A stretch of DNA of 64,000 bases from Octopus sinensis (GCF_006345805.1 NC_043001.1:101246001-101310000), one strand, 5' to 3'; numbered from the stretch's first letter, positions 1 through 13,364 are shown. Numbers and translations: made by a program. Notes: a model not told the origin generated them from the letters alone.

Positions 1-1078
1 ACCAACTATATGAATTGAAAGTAGTATTTTTACCCTTGTTTCTAATAATAAACTTTCGTTTTATCTGAAATGTTTCTTATTCAGTTTTTGAAGAAGAATA
101 AACAGTTTTTATTATTCAGAAAAATCATAAAATTATAGAAATTAAAATGATTGATTTACACAGTATTGTATTTTATCGTATTTTATCCAATCCTAGTATG
201 CTAATCTTTTCTAAAATGTATTATAACTCTAGTTTCCTGACATCTCTTTTCTATAGAATGATGTGGACATCTTCACCATTGATCAAGAATTTTGCTTCTT
301 ATCATTTAAATTTTATTTGAAAAATGAAATTGTGAAAGTCTAAGGACTAACCCTAACTGCTGCAGATTTATCTGAATAGGTTTTATTTAGTGAATTAGCT
401 AATGAAAAGGTCAGTGTTGCAATTGGTTCTCTTTACAAATGGTCAATATTTCATTAAGCTGAAGTTCTAAATTCAAATATTTCCATGAATGGCATTTCAA
501 TTCACAAGTTCTGCTACAATGATTTACCTTTAATTGGTATTCTCTGATCCAAAGAAGTTACATGGCATTTGTTGAGTTTGAAAGAACTACTCTCAATAGA
601 AAAACAATGAGTATTATGAAGACTTTTCTTTTGTCACTTTCTTTTTTTTTTGTATTATATCCTATCATTTCTTTATTTCCATCAAAATCTAAATTACATC
701 CAAATAGGAAACACCAAATTTATTTATTTGAATTTTGTTGTCCTTAATCCTTTCAGGAATCCTTTTGTCCATAAAAGACTTAATTAAATAAACAGCAATT
801 CCAAGTTATACTGTAAAACATATTGGAAGAAAATGAAGTCAAACTCCTCCGGAATCAAAGTTAGAAAGCAAAATCAAGAAATCCAGATTTATCAATTGAA
901 ACAAATGTTCAAAATAAAACATCATTTACTTCATGGCGGATGGCAAAGTATGGAAAGAAAGTCAGGAAATAAAGGGAATCTCATGCCCTTAGCTTTTGGT
1001 TTTGTGTTTGAGCAGGGTGAGAAAAAAGTTTTATAAATGGTTGAAAATTTTCAATGCTTAGTCAAAGATTTTGGTAAA

Positions 1079-1466
1079 CTCTTTTACTTCTTTCAGTCAT
1101 TTGACTGCAGCCATGCTGAAGCACTGCCTTTAGTTGAGCAAATTGACCCCAGGAGTTATTCTCCGTAAGCCTAGTGCTTATTCTATCAGTCTCTTTTGCC
1201 AAACCACTAAGTTACAGGGATGTAAACACACCAGCATTGGTTATCAAGTGATGTTGGAGGGACAAACAAAGACACACAAACATATACACAAACATACATA
1301 TATACGACAGGCTTCTTTCAGTTTCCATCTACCAAATCCACTCACAAGACTTTGGTCGGCCCAGCCTGAGGCTATAGTAGAAGACACTTGCCCAAGGTGC
1401 CACACAGTAGGAATGAACCCGGAACCCTATGTTTGGTAAGCAAGCTACTTACCACACAGCCACTCT
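1079..1466 (-). mobile_element. tRNA-derived SINE, family A (octopus OK/OR-like; family name unverified), near full length
   Basis: Reverse complement begins GAGTGGCTGTGTGGTAAGTAGC (A box) ... GGTTCATTCC (B box-like), has an internal (TG/TA) microsatellite and ends ...GACTGAAAGAAGTAAAAGAG; the same sequence recurs >10 times in the window. Confidence 0.9.
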
Positions 1467-2040
1467 TGAGAAAAGCCTGTTTGCATAATGTTGAAACTCT
1501 TCAGAAGCCTCTTCATCATCACAAACCAATAATTCGTAAGACAGCTTCTGTTCATTACAACCACAACTCACTTTTACCATTTCAATGCAAACAGCGGCAT
1601 TGGAAACTCTGACTCATGCCATTTCAACTGCTTCTAAGTTGAATCCTTACAACTAAACCTGGCTGAGTCACAACAATTGCTGCCAGAGTATCATTTTGAA
1701 TACCCCTTAATAGAAGTCATTGCAGCAACTGCTGAGCTGTGCTGCAACCACCAACACTGTGCAATGTTTACCAAAGAGAGGACCTTTCCATGGTCCTTCA
1801 GCTAGTAAGAAATAGCAAGCAAACTTCCTTCTGATCACACTGAATCATTTAAAACTAGGAACAGATACATTTGATAAATAGCTGATGCAAAACTGGCATT
1901 TTATAACTTAGCATTTTTTTTATAATGTTCAAATGTTATTTAACTAACTCTTTTCACATCTCTTTCATATTTCATCATTTTATAAATTTTGGTCATTCTG
2001 TATAGGTTAGACATATTGGCCAATGTCATTTTAACATATG

Positions 2041-2071
<31 letters not shown>

Positions 2072-2258
2072 CGCACACACATATACATAACTAGATATAT
2101 AAAATTATATATAGATATAGACTGATAGATGCATAGATATATACATGTATGTATACAGTATTATATTATATAATATTACATGTATATATATATATATATA
2201 TACATAAATTTATAGTATATTATATTTAGTAGCAGTAACCGCCCAATAGATAGTGTTT

Positions 2259-2306
2259 CTGATGATGATGATGTTGATGATGATGATGATGATAGAAATG
2301 GTAGTA

Positions 2307-2383
<77 letters not shown>

Positions 2384-2493
2384 AAGAAGAAGAAGAACAG
2401 CAACAACAACAACAACAACAAGAAGAACAAGAACAAGAACAAGAATGATAACAATAATAGTAATAATAATAGTAATAATAATAGTAATAATAA
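2259..2493. repeat. Compound trinucleotide microsatellite (GAT)n-(AAT)n-(AAG)n-(AAC)n-(AAT)n
   Basis: Directly visible. Confidence 0.95.
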
Positions 2494-3664
2494 TGTTAAT
2501 TTTTTCTTTATTTGCCATTAGAATACAAAAAAGTTAAATATTACATAAAATAAACTAAGCAAGAAGTATGAGAAGCAATTTACATGCAAAATAAATTTAT
2601 TACAGAAAAATATACATAAAATACAAATAGAATTAATTAATTGGACACCCCCCACCCACCCACCAACGAGTACAAAAAAAGAAAAATGAAAAAAATAATT
2701 ATGGAAGGAAAGAGAAAAAGAAGCAGAAAGAAAATAAAAGATAATATAAGCAAGGATAATGATATGATGAAATGGATAAAGACGAAGAAAAAATTATTCT
2801 CTTCAAATTAAATTCAAAATCAGTAGAATTATAATTTTTATTTCTGAAATGTATTTTTGTTTGTTTATTTTTCAATGTTCTGCATGCAATTTTCCCCATT
2901 CTCCACTCTTTCTCTGACAGTCAAAGAAAGAATGAAAGAAAACATCAGACTTATTTCATACATGCAGAGTGCTGAGAAAAAAGTGTACATTCTTCAAAAA
3001 CTAACATCAATTTAGATATTTCCGTTAAAGAAAATAAGAAGAAAATTGAGATGAAATCTTTATGGAATTTCAAAACAAAATTGAGAGATATAAAAATTAG
3101 CAAAGTAAAGTAGATTAAAAAACTATAAGTGAAATATTGATTTTTTTTTGCACAAGCACAAAGCTTTAGAATTATAGAGTTGAAGGAATAAGAAGGAATG
3201 ACATTCATGGCTTTCCCAAGTCATTAACAACATATGAATGAAGTACGAGAAGCATCAACCAGCAACTGAAACCAGGTCAAAGACTTAACTCATTAATTAA
3301 TGTTATGGTGCTCACCATATTAAATGAAATGGCACCTTCTTTCCAACTCCTCCTAATGTACATTTTGTAGGTCATTGATGTTAGATTCCATAGAATGCAC
3401 AACTGCACATAGCTGCAGAATTTTGACAGCCTTACTTCGGTTTTTATCTTTCTCCTTACAGGATATGACAACCTTTATATGTAAGCATATTTAGTCCTAT
3501 TTCAGGGTTTCTTAATGAGATCACTTGATCAAGATGTAAATTACAGCTTCATATTTTCTAATACTTATACTCATTTCAGATCTTACATCTCTGAATTAAA
3601 CATAAACAGCTTACAAAAGGTGGTGTGTTACATACATTCAGATCAAATCCTACGTGGGTGCTCA

Positions 3665-4130
3665 TGCCATTTGCAGTATGTTGTGGCATTTGCCATTTGT
3701 TGATATAATCTCAGATCCACCCGGGTGATCTGTCAAGTAGAATCCCAGTCATTCCCAATCTCTGTGAGATATCTCCTCATTTAATGTGGCCATGTGGTAT
3801 GTGGTTGAGCCATCAACATGAGCCATGAACCCAGCCGGATCTTCAGTGAAGAGAAGATTGTAAACAGGGTCTAACTCAGAAAATTAAGCAACATTGCCAA
3901 GCAGTTTGAGACGACACTCTTGAATCATACAAGTAACTGGACACATCTCAGTATTTGGTTTGATACAAAATCTGACCAATGGCAACCCATAATCCTGTGA
4001 AGCATCCAAGTACCAAAGGAGTTCAGGTGGCTCCAAAAGGGTCTTGGACAGTGTTCAAGTCTCACATCTATAGAGCAGAACAAAGAGGACCAGAGACCAA
4101 AACTTCATACAGCAGCAAATCAGCTAAAGG
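3665..4130 (-). mobile_element. Decayed RTE-clade LINE, 3' ORF fragment
   Basis: Minus-strand translation across frameshifts gives LVLFVLLYRCET*TLSK...LNSFGTWMLHRIMGCHWSDFVSN...DPVYNLLFTEDPAG...PHTTW, matching the RTE C-terminal LLYGCETW / LRRI...W.DFVSN pattern. Confidence 0.75.
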
Positions 4131-5164
4131 GCAAGAAGGTAGCCAGTGTTAAATACATTGGCAAGAATTCATCATACTTTTCACCATACGATATATGGTA
4201 ATGTTCTAAGGAATTTAGATATAACAGAAAACAAACTTCACAGCAAACCCAGGTAAAATTGCATACACACAGTCGTAGCCTTCCTCCAACAGGAATTAGT
4301 TTCCTTTATTATCAAAAGTGAAAGCTTACTTTTCTCAGGTAAGGCTTGTTATCATATCCATTACTTAAATAGGGAATGCCTACACATTAAGACGATGCTC
4401 ACATTTGATTGATGCAGGAGTTCCAGATTCGTTATAACCATATTATTATTGTAATTTATTGTGAGATTTGTCTCAGGAGAAAAGCAGAAACAGCCAAGAA
4501 GTCATAACAAGGAATACTTACCTCATACTTTGTGAAATCAAATGTTCTGCTGTTACTTTATTTTATCTCTGGTAAAGAACTTTCAGAAATGTAACCAGTA
4601 ATATATGAATTCTATTTTGGAGAAAATTTATCTTTTTTTTATTCATCTTTTACAAAAAAGTGGAATATAGAAAATGGGATTCATGTAACGCGTTCCGCAA
4701 GTATAACTCAGAATGTCTTATAATTTTGAAGGTATGAGACTGTGGATTGCCAAGTGGAAAGAGAATCAGATCAGTATCCAAGGGGTGAGAGGTTCAAAAC
4801 CTATTACCACCACAGTATCATTCTGGTTATCAAAATCTGAATCAGTGTTTTTCTTCCTATTACGATTTTACTTTTGAAAATCTTTACTTACGAAATCCTT
4901 TACGATTTTACTTAGACGGACCTTTGCAGTCAGTAAAACATCCTTTTATATTTTTACAATTATAAATTATAAGGAATTCTGTAAACGAAAATTTTAAAAC
5001 ATTTTGCATATTCTATAATTATAACCATTATATTGCATATGAATTTTAACAACAAAACCTTAGATAGACTCCCAAGAGCCATAAAGACTCCAGATGAAAA
5101 CCACTGATCAAAATAGATACCACAGATGCTGATATAGTTCATTATTGTAAGCAATATCTATTTC

Positions 5165-5390
5165 TTTATTACCTACAGAGGGCTAAACATAGAGGGGATG
5201 AGCAAAGACATACAAAGGGATTAAGTCGATTACATCGACCCCAGTGCATAACTGGTACTTATTTAATCGACCCCGAAAGGATGAAAGGCAAAGTCGACCT
5301 TGGCGAAATTTGAAATCAGAATGTAGTGGCAGATGACATACCACTAAGCATTTCGCCCAGTGTGCTAACAATTCTGCCAGCTCTCTGCCC
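5165..5390 (-). mobile_element. SINE family B (GGCGGCGAGCTGGCAGAA head; GTCGACTTTGCCTTTCATCCTTTCGGGGTCGAT core)
   Basis: Same sequence at about 6630, 8009, 21165, 22208, 23725, 34005, 52268 and 54495. Confidence 0.85.
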
Positions 5391-6194
5391 TACTGTAAGC
5401 AATATCAAGACTATAAAACCGATGTACTTCTTCTTAGTATGCAACACTAAGTGCAAGTCTAGATAAGGTAACCAGAACTCATGAGTCTAACGAGATTGAA
5501 GCTGTTAATGTTAAGCTACAGAAACAAGCCCCAGTTTCCAGGGCAAATATCTGAGGATGGCAAGGGAAATATTTTTGTGCCCAGCATGAGAAATAGATGA
5601 GCAAACAACTTATCCCCTAACTGTACTAACTTGTAGTATTGTAGCTTCATTGTGCAATGAAGGAGAAATAATAATTACAAACGGTTAGTAAAAATATGAA
5701 AGGCTAAATGAGAAAAATATCATGGATAAAGAAGATTCAACATGAAATAGTGTAAGGCGGAACAGTGTCTTGCATTTGACAAAATACTACACCAGGAAAA
5801 CACAAAAAAAAAGGAAAAATGGAAGAGTATGAAGGTAGACTAAGAATCAATCAAATAGTTAATGCATAAACATTATGAATTTATGGCATGACAGACTTTC
5901 TGAAGAAGTTATAATGACACTAAAACAGTTAACTTCAGAAAATTATCAACAACATGCAAAAGATAGAGTATTAGAAAAAATAAAGAATAAGACATTTCTC
6001 TCAAGATGCTTGAGATTTTCAAAACCAAATGTCTGAAAAATACTTGCTGGTGCACTTGACTGCACTTGTACATAATTTGATAAATGGTTAAACAAGCATG
6101 GTCCTGAAATACCCAACTCAACTTGTCCAGTAATGTTTGCATCTTTTATTTTTCACTTAATTATAAACTGTTTTGTTATGCGCTTTATTGTATT

Positions 6195-6226
<32 letters not shown>

Positions 6227-6349
6227 TGTATATGTATATATATATATATGTATATATTCCCTTGCAAATATGGGTGTTTGTTTGTATCTGTTTATGTCCA
6301 TGTACATATATTTGCATATATATACATATTTACATAGATACATCATCAT

Positions 6350-6580
6350 CATCATCATTGTCGTTTAACGTCTGCTTTCCATGCTGGCATGGGTTGGACA
6401 GTTTGACTGAGGACTGGTGAGCCAGTCAGGTGGCTCTGGCAATGACAATGCTCAAAAGGTGTTTTTTTATGTGCTACCTGCACAGGAGCCAGTAAGGTGG
6501 CACTGGCAACGACCATACTTGAATGTTGTTTTCATGTGCTTGTAAGGCGACGCTGGCAACGACCATGCTCGAATGGTGCT
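6350..6580 (-). mobile_element. Retroposon family C fragment (internal ~60-bp repeats, (GAT)n tail)
   Basis: Reverse complement ends ...GTCCAACCCATGCCAGCATGGAAAGCAGACGTTAAACGAC(GAT)n, as in the copies at 54800 and 58314. Confidence 0.8.
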
Positions 6581-7908
6581 GCATATATATATATACTTAT
6601 GTGCATATACATTTGTGTGTGTGTGTGTGTATGCCAGGCAAAATGGTTAGTGGCACTTCATCCATCATTATGTTCTGAGTTCAAATTCTACGAAGGTAGA
6701 CTTTTCCTTTCATTCTTTTGGGGTCGATAAAATATGTACCAGTTTCACAGTGGGGGAGGGGGTATGTAATCCCCCAAAATTGCAGACCTTGAACCAAAAT
6801 TTGAAATCATTATTGTTATTATTATTTTCTCTCTTGGAGAATTGGCTGGGGAGTTTCCAACTAGTTCAACTCTCTGAGACACATCATGAGGAATGACTTA
6901 TGGTTCTTGTATGAATTGAGGCCCCATAACAAGAGAAGATAGATTCTAATATTAGAAGCTACTTCAGCTGTATTTTCTTCCTGTATAAAGCTCAGCTATT
7001 CCATTAGTGTCCCAATGATGGAATAAGGTTATTGTACAAACCACCATCTTCTCTACTACCGACAACAACCAAACTTTCTGAAGTAAATATTAGAATATGT
7101 ACAACTATTGAATCCTTGTTTTAATCTAATCTTACTTTCTCCTCCATGAAAATACAGCTTCTGAACAATTTTGGTTCTCTCACCAATTTTGGTTTCCATG
7201 ATTGATTAGTTTTAAAAAATGTATGTAGAATGTCTTCACTGGACAAAAATCATAAACAAAACAAAATTTCTTCTTTTTATTTTAAAATTGTTAGATATGT
7301 TTGATATATATATAGAGAAAAAAAAAGTACTTCTGTGTTGTTTTATTATATTTAGAATGACTACATTGAGAAATATCAAATATCAAACATTGGTGAGTAT
7401 ATCTGTGTATGTGTGTGTGTGTATGAGCATGCTTGTATATGTGTGTATGTGGGGGGGTCTGTATTTGTGTGTGTGTGTATGTGTGCATATATGTGTACAT
7501 GGTGTACATGAATGTGTGTATACGTGTATGTGTGTGAGTGCGTATGTGTGGTTGTACGTGCACATGTGTGTATGTGTGTGTGCATGTGTGTGTGTGTGTG
7601 TGTGTGTGTGTCTGTGTGTCTGTGTGTGTGTGTGTGTGTGTCTGTGTGTGTCTGTGTGTGTGTGAGTATGTGAGTTGCTTGATATGTCTGTACGTCAGAG
7701 ATACAGTTGTACATGGTTATCCTGAATGTCAGAAACATTTAGGTTTACTTAGCAGAGAAAACTTGTGTAACTTGGGAAGACATGGCAGGTCTTGAAAAAT
7801 TAAACAGATGCCAGCAGCATTTCACATTTCGTTTTTTTACTGTTATAAAAAATTGATAGGGATTACTAAGATGCTGCTGAGGAGTTTTATTAATATTGAT
7901 GTTGATGA

Positions 7909-7962
<54 letters not shown>

Positions 7963-7976
7963 GATTATCATTATTA

Positions 7977-8007
<31 letters not shown>

Positions 8008-8008
8008 T

Positions 8009-8220
8009 AAGGTGGTGAGCTGGCAGAATTGCTAGCATGCTGGACAAAATGTTTAGCAGCATTTCGTCTGTATTTATGTTCTGAGTTCAAATCCTACCTT
8101 CACTTGGTTGTTCATCCTTCTGTGAGTGATATAACAAATGGCAGTTAAGTACTTGAGTTGATGTAATGAATTTACCCCTAGCATCAGAATTGCTGGCATT
8201 GTGCTGAAATTAGAAAGAAT
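8009..8220 (+). mobile_element. SINE family B
   Basis: AAGGTGGTGAGCTGGCAGAATTGCTAGCATG...GTTCTGAGTTCAAATCC, immediately after (ATT)n. Confidence 0.8.
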
Positions 8221-8239
8221 TGCTATTATTACTGTTACT

Positions 8240-8604
8240 GATGACAGTACCGCCTGATTGGCACTTGTGCCAGTGGGACGTTACAGGTACATCCGAGTGT
8301 GATTGTTGCCAGGGCCATGGATTGGCTCCCATGCCAGTGTCATGTAAAAAGCATCATTCGAGCATGATCATGACCAGCATCACCTTACCAGCACATGTGC
8401 TGGTGGCATGTGAAAAACAACATTTGAGAGTGGTCATTGCCAGTGCCACCGGATTGGCTCCCGTGCAAGTGACATGTAAAAAACAACTTTTGAACATGAT
8501 TGTTGCCAGAACCATCTGACTGGCCCTCATGCCGGTGGCATGTAAAAGCACCCACTATACTCTCAGAGTGGTTGGCATATAGAAGGGCATCTAGCTGTAG
8601 AAAC

Positions 8605-8605
<1 letters not shown>
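8240..8605 (+). mobile_element. Retroposon family C with about 5 degenerate ~60-bp tandem units
   Basis: Repeated GTGGCATGTAAAAAGCA...TTGCCAG units followed by CACTATACTCTCAGAGTGGTTGGC...AAGGGCATCTAGCTGTAGAAAC. Confidence 0.8.
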
Positions 8606-8642
<37 letters not shown>

Positions 8643-8646
<4 letters not shown>

Positions 8647-8852
8647 TCAAAATGTGACCGCGTGTGAACCGTTGGCGATTTTTTTCCTCCGTCTTCCCTT
8701 CTCTGGATCTTTCCTTCTCCTATGTTTCCAACGAAAAGCTCCGCTCGAAACGTTAAACCCTCCTTCTTTCCTTCTTTCCTGAGCGTCCAATAATACTATA
8801 TTTGTTCCACGTCCTCACGTTGTTGTGTTGTTTTGTGCTTTCATGTTTGGAT

Positions 8853-8857
<5 letters not shown>
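8643..8857 (+). mobile_element. ~210-bp (TA)n-inserted element with a degenerate minimal hammerhead motif (Penelope-derived or retrozyme-like)
   Basis: (TA)n on both sides; a homologous copy with the same ends lies at 32331-32531 (-); motif GTTT-CCAACGA-A-AAGC-TCC-GCTC-GAAA-CGTT-AAAC at 8724-8758. Confidence 0.65.
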
Positions 8858-8898
<41 letters not shown>

Positions 8899-10211
8899 AT
8901 ATATATATATGTATATGTATGTATGTATTTATATAAATATATACATGTATGTATGTATATATATAAATATATATATGTATGTATGTATTTATATAAATAT
9001 ATATATTCATGCGTGTGTCTTTGTGTGCATGTTTGTCTCCCCACCATTGAAGACAGGTGAGGGAACAACAAGCAGTTGTATTAGTTTGACATCCAGGAAG
9101 AATGTAAGGCATAGTAATGTAATGCACAACAGTAACACACAGGCAGCTATGAGCTCACTGCCTCTCATACCAGAAACAGCTGTAAGCTAACAAACTTCCT
9201 AAGATGATCATTCATTCTTTGTCATCTCTGTTTCTTATTACCACTCTTTATTGATTAATGCTTTGTTCTGAAGTATAGTTATACTGAGATTATTAGTATA
9301 TTCACATGAAACATAGAAGATGTCGAATAAGTATGAAGAAGTTATATAATTTCTTAACTTGACAGCTGTTTCAAGAAGTTCAGGGTTATGTAATAATCAT
9401 AACAGTCATAATTTGCACTTAAAATATGCAAAAACATCATGGGTATGCAACTGGAAACAGTCACATAGAATATCTATATACATGTGAGTGTGTGTGTGTG
9501 TGTGAATGTGTGCCATATGTATGTGTGTGTGTGTATATATATGTATATGCACACGTACACACACACAAAAGATTATATATGTGTGGGAGGATGTGCACAT
9601 GTGTGCATATGTGCAAACATAAATATGTTTTATATCTATAACATATTTTCTTGCTATGCTAGTAGAATGATGATGGTTGATTTTTTTTCATACCCAGACA
9701 GCCTTCTTTACTACAATTTGGTTACTTGAAAGGTTGAAGGGGAAGGAAAATGCAATTTGTTTGACAGGTAAAATATTGGCAAGCAGTGCCATCTGTGAGA
9801 TCATTCACATAACACAATGGTTAAGGTTACACTGCATTAGTTTACAAAATATACGTTCATAGCGTAAAAATAATCAAAGAAAAGCTTGAATGAATACACA
9901 AATAGATGGAGAAATATCCAGCATTAAATTTGTACTTTACCATTGTGAGTTTGGCATAAAGTAAAAAGCAAATTGAGAAAAACTGTGAAGTATAAAAGGA
10001 TATAAAATCCTTTAATAAGCAATCTCCAAAATCATGAATAATTCTATAAACCATTTTATTATGTGCTCAGCAGAACTCTAAAAATGTTTTATGGTAAACT
10101 GATTTGATAGGAACAAACCATAATATAGGTGAAAATGAAATTCATATACCTCTATATATGTATACTCACACACACTCACACATAAATACAAACATACATA
10201 CACATATATAG

Positions 10212-10266
<55 letters not shown>

Positions 10267-10472
10267 TACACACATATACAAATACATATATATAAGTATG
10301 TGTGTGTGTGTGTGTGTAAACTTTTCATTATTGGATTCTCTGTCTGAAGAATTTCTAATAGGAAAATTCTAATATATTTATCCAGTTTGCACAATTTTGT
10401 AACTCCTATAGACAAAGGAAACATCTGTAATGGTGAATAAATAATACCAAAATCTTTCCAGCTTCCTGTTTT

Positions 10473-10503
<31 letters not shown>

Positions 10504-10506
<3 letters not shown>

Positions 10507-10691
10507 GGTCCCGGGTTGATTCGGGGTTAACCACAGTAAATAAGGTACTCAATACATAGCAGAGTAAAATTAATTTATTATATATTTATTATTATTATTA
10601 TTAATTTATTATATATATGTGCTTCCTGAAGATTTCTCTTGAATGAAACAGTTCTAGTCCTGTAGAAGCTCCTTCTATATAATAAATTAAT
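10504..10691. mobile_element. Penelope-like terminal remnant with inverted arrangement, within (TA)n
   Basis: ATTAATTTATTATATA near 10569-10584 is the reverse complement of TATATAATAAATTAAT near 10676-10691; contains the hammerhead; (TA)n flanks. Confidence 0.5.
10621..10669 (+). ncRNA. Type I hammerhead ribozyme motif (near-canonical)
   Basis: Stem I GCTTC/GAAGC, core CTGAAGA, stem II TTC-TCTT-GAA with a U.U closing mismatch, GAAA, stem III CAG-TTCTAGTC-CTG, and GUA cleavage triplet ending at 10664. Confidence 0.7.
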
Positions 10692-10712
10692 ATATATATA
10701 TATATATATATA

Positions 10713-10877
10713 GGTGCAGGAGTGGCTGTGTGGTAAGTAGCTTGCTTACCAACCACATGGTTCCGGGTTCATTCCCACTGCGTGGCACCTTGGGCAAGTG
10801 TCTTCTACTATAGCCTCGGGCTGACCAAAGCCTTGTGAGTGGATTTGGTGGACAGAAACTGAAAGAAGCCCGTCGTA

Positions 10878-10915
<38 letters not shown>

Positions 10916-11137
10916 TGTGTATATGTTTGTGTGTATGTGTTTGTCCCCCCCCACACACACAACATCGCTTGACAACCGATGCTGGTGTGTTTATGTCCAC
11001 GTAACTTAGCGGTTCAGCAAAAGGGACCAATAGAATAATTACTAGGCTTCCAAAGAATAAGTCTTGGGGTCGATTTGCTCGGCTAAATGCGGTTCTCCAG
11101 CATGGCCACAGTCAAATGACTGAAACAAGTAAAAAGT
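10713..11137 (+). mobile_element. SINE family A, full length
   Basis: GGTGCAGGAGTGGCTGTGTGGTAAG...GGTTCATTCCCACTG...CAAATGACTGAAACAAGTAAAAAG. Confidence 0.9.
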
Positions 11138-11617
11138 ATACATATATATCATCATCATCATCATATATATACATACATACTTACATATATATTTATGTGT
11201 GTGTGTACATAGGTAAAAGGTTAAAGTGGAGGCAACACGAATGTATGTTTAAAGATACTTTTCACTTTTTAATCGGACAGGATTTATATTTTTGTTACAT
11301 TAAGTGACTTTTATAAAATATTACCAGTTTTGACATGTCTGTCCATCTTATTAAATATTAAAATTTCAAAGTCAAGATGAGAAAATAAGAACTGAAACTT
11401 AGATATTAAAGCAGTTTGTTCTCATATTCTTTCCACAGTGAGGAGGAGTGATAAGGTTGAATATGAAGTATTTTCTGCCTCAGAAAAGAGAGGCCAATCT
11501 TTGAAATACTCTTTTTTTTTTATGTTGAGGCTGTGCATTCTCCAGAGGAGCTCCTTATGGTGGATTTCGGTGATTCAAGATGGGAGTTGTTTGTGTTTTT
11601 GTAGATTAAGGTGATAA

Positions 11618-11795
11618 TACTCTTTTACTCTTTTACTTGTTTCAGTCATTTGACTGTGGCCACCGCATCTTTTTAGTCGAGCAAATCGACCCCAGGACTT
11701 ATTCTTTGTAAGCCTAGTACTTATTCTATCAGTCTCTTTAGCCAAACCGCTAAGTTACGGGGGATGTAAACACACCTGCATCGGTTGTCAAGCAC
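11618..11795 (-). mobile_element. SINE family A, 3' half
   Basis: TACTCTTTTACTTGTTTCAGTCATTTGACTG...CATCGGTTGTCAAGC. Confidence 0.85.
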
Positions 11796-11799
11796 TGTG

Positions 11800-12210
11800 T
11801 TGTTTGGAGAGAACTTATCAACATATGTTACAATAGCAGAGTCTGACAGAAAGCTACCGATCCATGAGATGAGAGATGGTTGGGGCAAAGAGGTGGGCAG
11901 TTCATGGGAGATTATACCAGACAAGGTTAAAGTACTTTGCTAATCTCTTGACCAACATCACAGTTCTGAAGGACAAAAGCTGTCTGATGAATGACATAAG
12001 AAAGGAGGTTTTCAGTGGTGTATACTTCATGGAAACTGCTCTGATGATCATTGGGCTGAGACTGAGATTCAAGATGAAGGAGAATAATGTTGTCAAGGAT
12101 TGGCTCCATTACCTTTGAGATATTTTAAGAGAATGCATTCAGACAATGATTGACATAATCAGTGGGGTTTGCCCTTCTTGTGAATGGATCATGGGGCATG
12201 CTTTGAAAGT
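11800..12210 (-). mobile_element. Decayed CR1/Jockey-group LINE, reverse transcriptase fragment
   Basis: Translation ISKVMEPILDNIILLHLES...NDHQSSF...ENLLSYV...EISKV(F)NLVW...SLISWIGSFLSD matches RT motifs KVME / HQYGFR / DISKAFD.VW / WI.SFL. Confidence 0.75.
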
Positions 12211-13074
12211 ATATCCCTCTAGAGAGGGAGAGATTAAAGAGTTTAGTGAGCATAGGGGTTGGGTGAGGGTTGTGATTAGTGATGAATAAAAGGGATCAGG
12301 AGTGAAAGCCATGTTTGCTTGAAGTAAGCAAAGTTACTTTTGAACTTGGTGTATCTTTATGCATGGGATGAACGGAAGAGAATTGCTAAGGGTATATGGG
12401 GTGGAATTGGGTGGAATTAGACAACAAAAGTTGCTTTTGACCTTAGAGTGTGGTTCGGATATTAAGCCTAAAAATACTTACAGGGGATACTCCAGATTGG
12501 CTGCAGTCCAATGACTGAGACCAGTAAAAGTATAAAAAATATATTTCAAGTGTAGAAATATGTGTTTATGTCTGCATCAAGGGTTATTGTGTTTCATATA
12601 CATTGAAAGAGAGACACAGTAATAGATTAAACCAGTCAGGAATATATGTTGCATCTGAGTTTTATATATATATATATATATATATAGTCACTACCAATTG
12701 GTTGTATGCATTTATGTGTGTTTAGATGCATGTGAATGTGCTCACAAAAAATATATACACTTATACAAAAGATAGTGCTTTTCATATTTAAGCATGTATA
12801 TGTCTACTGCTGTATAAATACACACATACTTATACGTATTCCTATATATGTGTGTGTGGGTGCATGCATGTGTGTGTGTGCACACATACACACACACACC
12901 CTTGTGCACACACGCATATATATCATGTATATGCATAGAAACCTACTCAGTTATACACATTCAAATATATAACGTTGTGTATATATTCTCTTTTATCTAG
13001 AATACCTAAAGGCTTTGGCAGTTCAGTACCTTTCATTCTTCATTATTTAATCATTAACATTATTAACAGGCAAA

Positions 13075-13321
13075 ATATATGCATAGTGTGTGCGTGTATG
13101 TGTATGTTTGGATATGTACATGTGAGTGCCTTTGTGTGTGTGTGTGTGTGCGTGTGTATAAATCTATATGTATGTATATAAGTGTATATATATATATATA
13201 ATATATATATTATATATATATATATACATGTATATATGTATACATATATAGATATATAGATATAATGTGAGTGTGTGTATATATATATATATATAGATCG
13301 ATATAGATATATATATATATG

Positions 13322-13364
<43 letters not shown>

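Noticed and set aside
2870-3500. Possible ancient LINE remnant (also 240-1030 and 4200-4900)
   Set aside because: Too decayed to recover a diagnostic motif by eye
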